A stretch of 64,000 nt of DNA from assembly GCF_036321535.1 (NCBI RefSeq), contig NC_087436.1, forward strand, positions 8,742,001 to 8,806,000, given 5' to 3'. Shown here piece after piece: positions 13,701 through 27,330 of the stretch. The number at the start of each line of letters is the position of its first letter. Position 1 is the stretch's first letter. The notes beneath the pieces are model-generated. The model ran no database searches. It was not told the origin of the DNA and worked only from the letters and a program-made list of their open reading frames with translations. The position numbers and the translations under genes were made by a program. The stretch is from Camelus dromedarius. Taxonomy: Eukaryota.

Positions 13701-16700
13701 AAGATACTGACACAGAAATCTAAACATAACACTGAAGAAAGTCATCAAATCACAAGAAGGGAGAGCAAGTGATGAAAATAAAGAGGAACTATAAAAACAG
13801 GCAAAAAACAAGTAGCAAATGGCAATAAGTATATACTTATCAATAATGACCTTAAATGTAAGTGGACTGAATAATCTAAACATATTGAGTGACTCAATAA
13901 AGTAAAAACAAAACAAACAAACAAACAAACAAGTCCCATCTATATGCTGCCTACAAGAGACACACTTCAGATCTAAAGACACTAAGGACACACACAGACT
14001 GAAAGTGAAAGAACAGAAAAGACATCTAATGCAAATAAAAATAAAAAGTGGTGTAGCCATACTCATAACAAAATAGACTCTAAAACAAAGACTATAATAA
14101 AAGACAAAAAGGACATTACATTATGATAAAGGGGTCAATCCAACAGGAAGATAGAGCATTTGTAAATATAAAATCATTCAGTATAGGAGTACCTAACTAC
14201 ATAAAGCAAATATTAATGGATTTAAACTGAGAAATTGACAGCAATGTAACAATAGTAGGGAACTTTAAAGCATCACTTACATCAAGAAACAGACCATCCA
14301 GACAGAAAATCAATAAGGAAACACTGGACTTAAACAATACATTATAGAAGTTGAGCTTAATAGATGTATACAGAACAATCAATCTAAAAGCAGCAGAATA
14401 CACTCTTCTCAAGTGCACGTGGAATCTTCCCCAGGATAGATTACATTTGGGCCATAAAACAGGCCTCCATAAATTTAAATAGATTGAAATAATATCAAGC
14501 ATATTTTCCGATCACAATAGCATAAAACAGAAATCAATTACAAGTAAACTAAAAAACAATCACAAAAATATAAGATTAAACAACACAATAGTGAGCAGCC
14601 AATGAGTCAACAAAGAAATCAAAGAAGAAATCAAAAGGGCTTCTGAGAAATTTTAACATCCATTTATGATAAAAACTCTCAACAAAATGGGTATAGAGGG
14701 AACATATCTCTACATAATAAAGGCCATGTATGACAAGGCCATGGCTAACATCATACTCAACAGTGAATGCTGAAAGCCTTTCCTCTAAAAATCAGGAATA
14801 AGACAAGGATGCTCACTCTAGGCTCTTTTATTCAACAAATTATTGGAAGTATCAACAATAGCAATTAGATAAGAAAAAGAAACAAAAGGAATCCAAATTG
14901 GAAAAGAAGAAGTAAAATTGCCACTATTTGCAGATCACATGATAACTACATATAGAAAACTCTAAAGACTCCAGTAAAAACACATTAGATCTAATAAATG
15001 AATTCAATAAATTTGCAGGATACAAAATCAATATACAGATATCGGTCATATTTATATATAACAATAATGAAATACCAGAAAGAAAAATTATGAAGGCTAT
15101 CTGATTTACAATTGTATTAAAAAGAATAAAATACTTAGAAATAGATTTAACTAAGGAGTTGAAAGACCTGTACACTGAAAACTATAAGATACTGATGAAA
15201 GAAATAAAAGAAGGGGCAAATGAATAGAAAGATACTTTCTGTTAACTGAGTGGAAGAATTAATGTTGTTAAAATGACCATACTACCCAAGCCATCTACAG
15301 ACTGAATGTAATTTCCATCCAAATATTAATGGCATTTTTCATGGAAATAGAACAAATAATTCTAAAATTTCTGTGGAAACACAAAGAACTTAAATGACCA
15401 ATTTTAAAAAAAGAACAAAGATGGAGGTACCATATTCCTTGACTTCAAACTACATCACAAAGCAATAGTAGTCAAAACAATTTGTTTGAGGCATAAAAAT
15501 AGACAACTAGATCAATGGAAAAGAACAGAGAGCCATGAAATAAATCCATACATAATTGTTAATTAATTTACAACAAAGAAGCCAAGAATATTCAATGGGG
15601 AAAGGACAGTCTCCTCAATATATTGTGTTAGGAAAATTGGACAGCCACATGCAAAAGAATGAAACTGAACCACTGTCCTACACCTTACATAAAAATATAC
15701 TCAAAATGGATTTAAGACTTGTATGCAAGACCTGAAAACATGAGAGCTCCTTGAAGAAAACAGGTGATAAGCTCCTCAACGTTAGCCTTGCTGTGGACTT
15801 TTTGGGTCTTATTCCAAAAGCAAAGGCAACAAAAGTGAAAATAAACAAGCGAGACTACATCAAACTAAAAAGATTTTGGGCAGCAAAGGGGATACAATTT
15901 ACAAAATAAAAAGGCAACCTAATGAATGGGAGAAAATATTTGCAAACCGTATATCTGGTAAGAGCATAATATCCAATATATATTAAAACTTCAAACACCT
16001 CAATAGCAAAATAACAAACAATCCAGTTTAAAAAATGGGCAGATGATCTAGACAGACATTTTCCCTAAGAAGACATACAGGTGGACAACAGGCACATAAA
16101 AAGATGTTCAACATCACTAATAATCAGGGAAATGCAAATCAAAATCACAGTGAGATATCATCTTACACCTGTCAGGTTGACAGTTATCAAAAAGAGAAGA
16201 AATAATGAGTTCTGGACAGGACGTGGAGAAAAAGGAACCTTTGTGCACTGTTGGTGGGAATGGCAGTTGGCGCAGCTGCCATGGACAACATTATGGAGAT
16301 TCCTCATAAAATTAAAAATAGAACTACCATATGACCCAGCTATTCCACTTCTGGATATTTATGCTAAGAACATGAAAACACTTATTCTAAAAGGTAAATG
16401 CCTTCCTATGTTCATTGCAGCATTATTTACAAAAGCCAAGATACGGAAGCAACTTATATGTGCATCCATGGATGACTGGATAAAGAAGATGTGATAGATA
16501 TACAATGGAATATTTCTCAGCTGAGTAAAAAGAAGAAAATATATTTATTTTCTATACCAGACCAGGGGGCATTATGCTAGGTGAAATCAAAGGTAAATAC
16601 CATATGATTTCACTTATATATGGAATATAAAAAAACAAAACAAATGAACAAACAAAACAAAACAAGACTCATTGATACAGAGAACAGATGGGCAGTTATC

Positions 16701-16890
16701 AGACTGGAAAGGGTAAAGGGCTTGGTGAAAATGGGTAAAAGGGGTCAATTGTATGGTAATGAGTGGTAACTAGATGTACTGAGGGGATCACCTTGTAGTG
16801 TGTACAAAGATAGATTATTTTTTACGTCTTACATCTGAAATAAAATATAATATTATACACCAAGTTTACCCCAACTTTAAAAAAAAAGCA
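10775..16890 (+). mobile_element. Near full-length inactive L1 (5'UTR, ORF1, ORF2 with about 1 kb internal deletion, 3'UTR, poly-A)
   Basis: The 5'UTR starts aagatggtg. ORF1 remnants lie at about 12440-13340. ORF2 ATG is at 13819 (MAISIYLSIMTLNVSGLN), followed by RT and C-terminal remnants ([17 protein letters not shown], 16081-16494). A-tail at 16879-16890. TSD AAAATGCAGACA 10763-10774 / AAAATGTAGACA 16891-16902. Confidence 0.93.
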
Positions 16891-17474
16891 AAAATGTAGA
16901 CACAACAATGGATGATGCGAGCCTACTATAACTTTGTCTAGGTCCATACCTCTCAAGGAATCTTGAATGCTCCTGAGTGTAGCTGTCCTAAGGCACAATG
17001 TTCTTGATATCTTAGAGCATTAGACATTATTCTCCCATATACTCTGAGGAAATTTCCCAGATGTAAGCACATTTAGAAAAATTTTATCAAAAAAAAAAAT
17101 GGAGAAGTTTTCTTTTTTTGAAGCATTCAAGGACATTAAATAAAAATATTAGTAAAATGTAGTAAATAAGAGTGACTCTTTGGGCCTGTGTTTGGGAGCT
17201 TCTTTAAGGTGCAGCAAAGAATAAGTGGACAGGTGATGGCTTTCTTGAGTGATAGTAAAGAATGACTGAAATTTATATGTAAAGACATCATAAAACTCCC
17301 AAATCACCAAGGCAGAGGATCGCCCCACCCTATGTCCACAGACATCCCATAACATATAATTTTTACTTCTTTTCATCATCTAAGATGACATTCACTTTTT
17401 CATGCTCACTTTAAACAGACAGCTTGGAAAGAACAGATGAATACCCTGGAGTTTGTTCTGCTTTTGTTTCATCT

Positions 17475-17518
17475 TTGGGGCTGGACCCTATTGAATCTTG
17501 GGGCTGGACCCTACTGAA
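17475..17518. repeat. 23-bp tandem duplication
   Basis: ttggggctggaccctattgaatc is followed by ttggggctggaccctactgaa. Confidence 0.9.
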
Positions 17519-17986
17519 CGGAGTTTAGATTCTGAATCTCTAAGAATAAATCTGAGTGATGAACCATGTTCCTTTATTCTGGGAAAATAAACCCTTTATT
17601 TGTTTGATTAATATCCATTCTTTCAAATGCTATATGAAGTATTTGAGGCAAAAATCTGCTTTTACCCACTTTAACACTTCACAAGCTAAAGACTGTTATT
17701 TGACTATAGTAGCAAATCCATAGAGATTAATTGTTGGTAATTAGAAATTCTTAAAGCCAGACCTTTATCATTTAAGTTCCTGGGATCCCACCCACACAGT
17801 GGTACATAACCTGTTTACCACACTTGTATACAAGTGATTTGGATAACTTCAAATGATCTGTAAGTGCACTTCCCAGACAGCAGAAAGGCTATGACAATGT
17901 TCCAACGACTCTCTTCTATTCTACACCCAATTTCATTAAGCTCGGCAGACTCCACAAAGTCTACCACGTGAAATGCACAAATTCTA

Positions 17987-18259
<273 letters not shown>

Positions 18260-21200
18260 TTAAGGCTTTTAATTTGAATAAAATGGAAAAAAAAAAAGCT
18301 TGAGATGAAATGAAAAAAAAATAGTAAGTTGTTTCCAATAAAAGGTCAGAATGACATTTCAATTTAATTGACTGACGGGCATCCTCGTGAGGCAAAGAAC
18401 TATTAAACACGAAATGAGTATCAGAAGGAGAGTTATAATAAGCCTAGCAGATTGCACCCAAAAGAGAGATAAATTATTTAACTGCCAAATCATCATGTAG
18501 TGTGTCATCGGCATTGAAATAAAAATGATGTTGTTTATTCACTGATAGATTTATATTGTAGGTGAGGTGAGATCATTGCTGGCTGGCTTCAGAGAACACT
18601 AGCATAGCTGAATGGGTAAAATACATCATTACGCTGGGAAATATAAATTGACTCTAAAGGAATAAGATTTATTTGGGAAGTTGAGGGAGGGAAAAAACTA
18701 AAGTTCACCAACCAAATGGCAATTTACTGAAATTCTGTCAGCTGCCTTTATCAGACGGTATGTATAGAGTGCACTCGCTTCCTTGCTCTTAAATTTTAAA
18801 TTTAAATATATTTTTAAAATAACCATCAAACATGATTCTCCTAACCACGATGCCAAAGCAGGAAATATCATTTGTAATCTCGATCTGCTTTCCTGTTCTG
18901 TCTCCAGACAATCCTTACCAACTGTGGGAAAGAACAACTCTGTCACTGTCCCTGACCATGAGAGATGCCCGGGGTAATCCCAGCAGTCTTCACCCACGTG
19001 ACAACTGCTCTTTAGTTTTCACTGACGTTCACTGACCCGCTGACATTTCTATGTCATGATGGAGTCCTGCATTTTGACTTTGTTCAGTCAGAGCCAGGGT
19101 AGACATATCAAAATCACTCTACTCACTGAAATTTCCACTGGGTTGGGAAGGACCATGATTGCCCTTTATTCCTTTGTTGTGCTTGGTGATATTTTTCATG
19201 GGTTGTGGGGGTTCAGTGTCCAACGTGGTGGCTTTTAATTTGTAATAAACATAATCATGGACAGTCTGTCTCCTCCACCAACCCCTCTTCTTCCCTTTCA
19301 CCATTTTACCTACTTCCCCTCTATTTCTGAATCCTGCCTTCATCTGGAGGAGGAATAGGAATGCTAATCAAATAATCATTATAGAATATAACTATTCAGC
19401 AAACAAGTCTTTGACTTTTTGGTACCATCACCAATTGGAATGTCAAAAATGGCACCTATCTGTTTATCCGAAGGCCAGGATCGAACATATATAATCCTCC
19501 ACATGCACTTGTTACATGTCAATGTTAAGAGATGTCTGTTGGGATGGAATACTGGCCGCCACACCATCGTTGGATAAAAATAAACAGAAAGAGACTGACC
19601 CTAGTATTCTGTTGCATAGCATCTTGTCTCTAAGTCTAAAAGCCACAGTTATTTAAGTCATCATTGTTTTGTGTTGTGAAAGATGGGGGTAGGCAAGTTT
19701 TTGAAACTGAAAAATCTTATGAGAGAGACTCTGTGCAGTTTATTCTTTTGATCTTTATGTCACCCATAGAAATGATAGAAATGGAAACGAGCATCTTGCT
19801 CAGTCATTTGTATTGACAGTTTAATGTTCCCCAATGACATTTATCCTTGTTCACATTGTATTTCAATGTCCCCTGAGTAATAAGATCAGAAGGAATATGT
19901 TCAATCTTCTTTTCTTTAATACTCATTCTGTTATATATGTATTTATATTTATATAAAGTCCCTAAAAGAAAATATATTTGACCAATTAGGCATAGGAAAA
20001 TTTTGAATTTGCAGACACAATGTTTCTTTGTCTTTTTCTCAAATATTATAAACTTACAGGAAGAGAGAAAACTATAAAAGAAATAACATCATGTAGAGTA
20101 TCCCATAAGAATTATTAATATTTTTCCATTAACATTCCTGAGTTTCAGCTTCTGGTTCCTCATCAAATCAGGTGAGAGATAATGAGACATCTGATTCTGA
20201 AAACAGAATGTTAGCACTGGCTATTCTGGCATTTAGAAACACAGTTGCTACTAAGTCACCTTGAAATGTCTTTACTAGCCTTTTGCATCTGGTATTAGGT
20301 CCCAGGACATTCACATTAGTTGTGCTTTTGGTAGTTATACATTACAGTGCTAATTAGATAATATGAACATCTTAGAATAAATGCCGAGATCTGGCATAAC
20401 ATTACGTGGGACATCCTTGTAAAATATAATTTTTGAGAGGATGCCTAATTAGAACTAAGAATTACTATTCACCCAGGGAATATTAACATGCACAGTAAAA
20501 ACTTCTTCATTAATTTGGAGATTGCATTTTTAAATGACTTTTAAAACAATCTCTGTAATATGTGTTATTAAATAATGATATGTATTTCAAAAAGTCTTTC
20601 AAATTCCTGCATATTTTATGCTACACTTGTCACCTCTTCTTTAATATATTATATAGAGCTATTTCACAAAACCAATTATGCTTACATGTTAATCCACAAA
20701 ATCAAGCGGCCCTTTCCTTAAATAAATTTAGCTGCAAGATTCCTTTCACCTACAAATTGTCATCTCATCTTTACTAGTCTTCTTGACAGTTACTACCAGG
20801 CTAAGGTTTACTCTCACAAAATCACAAATGTTAAACACTTTTGTTCCTATATTCTAATGTCATCTGAAATGCTTTAATAATGGTGACTAAATGCTTCTGA
20901 AACACATCACATTTGTAAATTTCATAGAAAAATGGTGATTATATATAGAAATGCATTAACAACCTGAAACAGTAGCTATGAATCAATCTATATACCAAAT
21001 TTAAAGTGATCTTAAAAGGTATCAGTAAGGTTGGGTGTAGCTGAGCATTTGTGATCACAGTTATTAGTTTAGAAATAAGAGTTTCAAAGAAACTTTTTGA
21101 AAAATTAATTCTTTATCAATTATGGTTAACATACACTTTTTCAATGTACGTATTTTATAATGTAGCATTTTATCCACAAACATCTTACACCAGTTATGTA

Positions 21201-22529
21201 CAAATCACTGTTATGTGAAGCAAATAACAACTATCATTTTAGTACCCTTCTCTATCTTTTTTAGCTCCTACGGTAATGCACATTTGAAAGGTCTTTTTTT
21301 TTTTTCTAAGTAAAATCATGTATCACATGACATTGAGTCTTCTGATGTCCTGACCAAAGGTAAAACTATACAGGGTAGATAAAACAGAGGGTACTGAGTT
21401 TGTCGAAACATGTCAGTACTTCTTCTGACCTACACACTTTGCCTTTTTTTGGATGCTCTCTCAACTACTCATGGAAAGAAATCAGAGCTCTAGCTGTGAT
21501 GTTTCCTTTGATCTCATGTTACGAAGACTATTAATGACACTTCCAGACCAGCTTCTTCCGTTTGCTCACTTGGAAAATCCAAGAGGCAAGTGAAATAGTT
21601 ACTTTCTGTGGATTCACAGTCTATAGTTTCTCACTTTCACGATTTGGCTTAGAGGCATGTTAAGAGTTTGTTATCAAAGGAATAAAAAAAATTGAATTCT
21701 CCCTTAGCAGAATCCAAAGTTGGAGAGACAAGTGGAGCTAAGAACAACTTCAACCACTGCAGATTAGTATTGATGAAGCATTTATTCCAATAGCAACGAA
21801 GTGATAGAAACAGAAATAGGAACCTGGATTAAAAATAGTATGTAAACTTAAAATAGTATAGAAAGGAAATAAAATATTATGAATATTTATGAAACACCAG
21901 TTAAAAATAAGATGATATTAGTAACTTTGTTTGAAAATCAATTCTGTAAAATCATAAGAAGATAATTTATCATAAACAGAATTCTCTTCTAAATACCTAC
22001 ATCTTTTCAAGTTCCTAAGTATATACTTATGTTGAATATTTTATTTATTTTAATGGTAGTCTCATAATCTTGCTGCATTGATCATGCTTATAACTTCTAT
22101 ATTATAGGAATGAAACCTAGGAGAAATTTGATGTATAATATTTTAAAATAACATGTGTTTTCCCTTTTCTATTCCACTAAATGGAATTACAAATTAAAAG
22201 CAGATAATGATTAAAATAAAAAGAAATACATCACAATTTAAGATGCTTAAGAATAGTAGAAGAAATAATTATTCTTATAACAAGAAAGTCACAATTACTC
22301 AAGACAAGCTTTTTAACTAACTGGGAAATTATGATGGTAGCTTTTTGTCAATAAATATGTGATTTCCAAATAAATGTTAAGTCTAATCTAATTCAGACAT
22401 GCCAAGATATACACTAATTTATTATGATAAAATGTCTAGAATTTTTATACTTGTTGCTCATCTGTAAACAGTTATATGCTTATATCATAATGTGTAATAT
22501 CAAAATAAAGCAAAATAAATTTAAAAAGA

Positions 22530-24900
22530 GATCTAGAAATTTCATCAATAGCAATGGATTAGATAATTTGGACTAACACTTCCACTGAAGAAATAAAACA
22601 ACAACAAACAAATAAACAACCTGGGATTAAATACACATAATATGTTTTAAAGAATATGTGAAACAGATAGCTTTCTCATTCTTATCTCATGAAAAAGATA
22701 ACACAACAGAGGGGAGTTTCCCAGCCTGTGCCCTGAAGAGAATTCTAACTTTGAGAGACGAGGTTGCACCTGGAGTCACACATTGCTTTGGGAGTTTCTG
22801 CACCTTGAGAAGATGACTGTGCAGCCTAAATGTCCCATGTGGCTTTTTCTTCCCAGAGGCATACAGGGTGGATGGGACAAGGACAGTACTGGGCGACCTC
22901 CCTCTGTGTCAGGACTTGAAAGTGCCTTACTCTGCAGGTGAATGCATGGACTGAGGACCACCTTTGTCTAGGTGTCTCATGTATCATAACGTCTTCCTCT
23001 CTATAATAAGATTGCATTATCCTAGTTCAATTAATTATTATCACAAGCAATTTTTAAATAAAACATCCAGAAAACAAAGAAGGACAATATGGCACACAAA
23101 GAGAGACAACAGCATGATCAGAATGACTAGAAATGACATACGACAGTAACAAACCCACCAGGATTAAACAACTTATATTTACGAAAATAAAATCAGTTTA
23201 GAAATTCTAAAAAGAACATAAATATATAATCTCTGCATATTATAAGTTCATGAAAGGGCCAAGTAGAAATTATATTATTTGAAAATATAGTAACTAAAAT
23301 TAAGAAAGTGATGTCCTTAAGAACAGATTAGACATAGCACAAAAGAGAATTAGTAAACTGGAAAAGAGATTAAAAGAAACATTACAGAGGGGATTCCCAA
23401 GATGGCAGAACGGAGGGAGGCGGTGCTCACCTCCCATGAATACATCAAAACCTGCACCTACATGAAGAACAATTCTCATAGAACACCTACTGAACTTCAG
23501 TAGACCATCTCTCTTACTCTCAGAACTACAAGGAAATCTTCACAAAACTGGATAACAATAACTTTCTACTGTAAAGCACAGGGAACCACATTCAATATTT
23601 TGTAGTAATCTATAATGAATATACATACGTATATGTATGACTGAATCATTATGACATATATCAGAAATTGACATAACATAGTAAATTGATAATACTTCCA
23701 TTAAAAAAAAGAAACATTACAGAATGAAAAGCAGAAGAACAAAGATTTGAAAATACAGATGAGGTTAACAAACATAGGTATATATGAAACTCAGAAGGAG
23801 AAAACAGAAAATGGGCCAGAAGCAATATTTAAAGAAATAACAGCTAAGAATTTTCCATAAATGTTAAAAAACACCAACCTATATATTTAAGAAGATCATC
23901 AAATGCCAAGCAAAGCAAATGAAAAACCAGAATAATCCACACCCAGATGCTTAGTAGTAAAATTGAAGAAAAATCAAAGGCAAATCTTAAAACTATGCAA
24001 ATGGAAAAATACAGATTGATCTTACAGTAAGGAGAATTCAGTAACTGATACATGAGCAAAAATAAGAACAAGAAGCTACTGGGATTATATTTATAAGTGA
24101 TGAAACAAAGTAAAATCAACCCTAAAATTTTATTCATATACATAAAAATTAAAATAAATATACTTTCAAAAAACAGTATGAAAATTCATCTCTAGTAACT
24201 AGCCTTAAGGTAAATTCTGAAGGATGTTCCTGAGGAAGAAGGAAAATGATCTTGGATGGAAGCTTAAAGATTCAAAAATGAAAGGAGAGAAAAGAAGATA
24301 TCTAAATATGTTAAACCTTAGTATTATAATTCAATAATTCAAGAATGCTTGATAATATGATATATGATTATATATAATTATACATATTTATACTAAATAT
24401 ATTTATAATAATATATGGTGGATATATAATGTCTTCATAATCTTGGAATATAGAAAAATTTCTTAAATAAGGCACAAAAAACTCACCATAATAATTTATA
24501 CATTCGACTATATTATAATTTAGATCATTTATTTCTCAAAAGACACTATAAAGAGACCAAAAGTGCAAGCCAATGAGCAGGAAAATATACCTGCCATCTA
24601 CGAAACTAACAAAGATCTCATATGTAGCATTAATAAAGATCTCCTAAAGATTAATAAGAAAAAGACAGTGCCAAAGAACTACCAACAAGAGACTCAAATA
24701 CATGCTTTATGAGTGAATTAATCCTTGTGGCTAAAACGAATCTCAAAAAGTGCTCAACTATACATGTAATCTGGGAGATGCAAATTTAAACCAAAGCTTT
24801 CAGCTTGGTGAATTACCAAGTCTAGGGATAACATCTGTCAGGATGAACATGCGGCAACATAAATTCTAATATACCTTGAACAGGAGACAGTGGAGTGTTC
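22530..24900 (+). mobile_element. Ancient L1M/HAL1-like remnant (5' region, ORF1, some 3' ORF2-like sequence)
   Basis: ORF1-like motifs (agattagacatagcacaaaagagaattagtaaactggaa; gaagcaatatttaaagaaataacagctaagaattttcca). It hosts the 23389-23706 insertion. Confidence 0.6.
23389..23706 (+). mobile_element. Bipartite mini-L1: L1 5' terminus (about 163 nt) joined directly to L1 3' terminus (about 155 nt)
   Basis: Perfect 17-bp TSD AAAAGAAACATTACAGA at 23372-23388 and 23707-23723. The 5' part ggggattcccaagatggcag...ctcacctccc...acaattctcatagaa is an L1 5'UTR start. The 3' part ctactgtaaagcacagggaac...cagaaattgac...A-tail matches L1 3' ends in this window. Confidence 0.85.
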
Positions 24901-26229
24901 AAGTGTTATAAAGACATAGCAGAGGTAGCAATGTATATATTTTCAGGATGTCTTTAAAAAATCCACAGGACAGAGAAAAAAAGAAGAATTGGAAAGGAAT
25001 AGGGGAAAGGAATCCCAAGTTTATCCCCCAGGAAAGGAGCTGTACTGAGGAAAATCCTGAGAATTCAAGTGAAAATGGAATTATTTCTGCCACAAGTTCT
25101 GAAAGAAACAAGACAGGCTTATAGTCACAAACATAAATATAAATATTTAGTAGTTACAACAGAAAGGTCATTTTCCTATGTCATTGGTGGGATTTAAAAA
25201 TTATGAGAAGACATTAAAAAATACTTTTCAATAAAAGATATTTTATAAAACAATGAAGGAAAAAGGTTCTTGGGCAGAATTAGAATCTCATTTCTTATTC
25301 TCTTTATCACTTTGTAATAAGGCCAATACAGTATTACAGACAGGACTGTATTTTGATGACACTTCAAGCAGTTTTGCATGCTAACAATAGTGAACCTCAT
25401 TTTCCTTTTTATTTATTCCTGATTCTGATATTCCTTCTGTAGTCTTATAAATATAATACAATTATCATTCAACATTTCTGTTCAATTTTATTTCACTTCT
25501 CTCTTTCAAATAAATTACATACCGTTGAATTTTAAACTGGAATATGTGAAGGATAAGGCCCTTCATTCAATGATATGTATGACCCTATGAGCTTGGAAAA
25601 CCATTCTCTCCTCATGAAGAGCAGTTTTCATTTGAAACCTGACCTGACAAAAATTGTATTCACAAGAGAATTTGGTGGTCACTCAAAGTCAAGTTTATTC
25701 TAATTTTATGATTTGGAAAACTTTAAGACTGCACACAACTGGATGATTTTAACATGATAGATATATAGGCTGGAATAATACGGTACTGATATTTCAAGGT
25801 ATATTACACCAAGTTCAAAATTTCTTAATAACTGAGTTGCTCCTTGTAGGACTGGGGTAAAGTAAAATAATTGTCAGCATTTACTTGGTAATTAATATTT
25901 GCCAGGAATTGTTCTAAGTAATTGATTCAGTTAATTATCACATTTATGAGGTAGGTATAACTGTTCTATTTGTGATACTATTATGTGAGGAAGAAATAAA
26001 TAATTGCAGTTTCACCAGCCATCTTGTGATCAGATAGGAACTTCCCCAACACACTAAGGTCACAAAAAGAAAAGTTCAGGTCCTTAATCACAATTGGTGA
26101 GAAGAAAGAAAGCATCCTATTATTGGATATTCAGTAAAGCAATTGTCTTAAAAAAGATACATGCTACTGACAAAGAAATCTGCATAGTGTGGGGGACAAA
26201 AGCATGAACTATATTACCAGCAAGACCCA

Positions 26230-27330
26230 AATTTCGGATGTGACCTGATGATTGCTTCAGTTTGATTTCTAATGCACACCTTTTGGAAGATAAGTGACTT
26301 AAACTTTAAGTCTCAATTTTTCCATCTTTAAAGTAAAAATGGTACCTAACATGTAAGAATATTGTGAAGATGAGATATGATATTTTAAAATACTTATGAT
26401 TGTGCTAGTGCATGAAAAAAATGCTCAGTTGCTAATTATCAGAGAAATGCAAATCAAAACTACAATGAGATTTCACCTCACATCAGTTAGAAGGGCCATC
26501 ATTCAAAAGTCCACAAATGGTAAGTGCTGGATTGGGTGTGGAGAAAAGGGAACCCTCCTACACTGCTGGTAGGAAAGTAGTTTGGTGCAGCCACTATGGA
26601 AAACAGTATGGAGGTCCCTTAAAAAACTAAAAATAGACTTGCCATATGATCAAGCAATCCCACTCCTAGGCATATATCCAGAGGGAACTCTAATTCAAAA
26701 AGATACATGCATCCCAGTGTTCATAACAGAACTATTTACATTAGCCAAGACATGGAAACAACCTAAATGTCCATCAACAGAGCACTGGATAAAAAAAGTT
26801 GTGGTATATTTATACAATGGAATACTACTCAGCCATAAAAAGGAATAAAAACAATCCCATTTGCAGCAACATGGGTGGACCTGGAGATTGTCATTCTAAG
26901 TGAAGTAAACCAGAAAGAGAAAGAAAAATACCATATGATATCACTTATGCTGAATCTAAAAAAAAAAAAAAAAAAGACACAAATGAACTTATTTACAAAA
27001 GAGAAACAGACTCACACAGAAAACCAACTTATGGTTACCAGTGGAAAAGGAGGTGGGATAAATTGGGAGTTCAAAATTTGCAGATAATAACTACTATATA
27101 TAAAATGGATATACAACAAATTTCTTCTGCAGAGCACAGGGAACTATATTCAATATCTTGTAGTAACCTACAGTGAACATGAAAATGAATATATGTATGT
27201 ATATGTATGACTGAAACATTATGCTGTACACCAGAAATTGCCCCACTGTAACTGACTGTACTTCAATAAAAAAATACTTATGCCTGTGCCTGGCCCTTAG
27301 TTCATTCTGCATAGGCTACAGCTGCTATCA
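26230..27330 (+). mobile_element. MIR split by an L1 insertion
   Basis: The MIR core aagtgacttaaactttaagtctcaatttttccatct...ttgtgaagatgaga precedes the L1 and resumes after it as gtgcctggcccttag. Confidence 0.55.
26406..27270 (+). mobile_element. 5'-truncated L1 (ORF2 C-terminus plus 3'UTR)
   Basis: Encodes [31 protein letters not shown] and ends with aataaa and an A-tail. TSD aaaatacttatgattgtgc 26387-26405 / aaaatacttatgcctgtgc 27271-27289. Confidence 0.92.

Noticed and set aside
10742..16494. Numerous 60-170 aa ORFs on both strands
   Set aside because: They are fragments or antisense frames of a decayed L1. The same applies to ORFs at 26.5-27.3, 32.5-37.2, 42.6-47.5, 49.5-50.3 and 52.5-53.1 kb.
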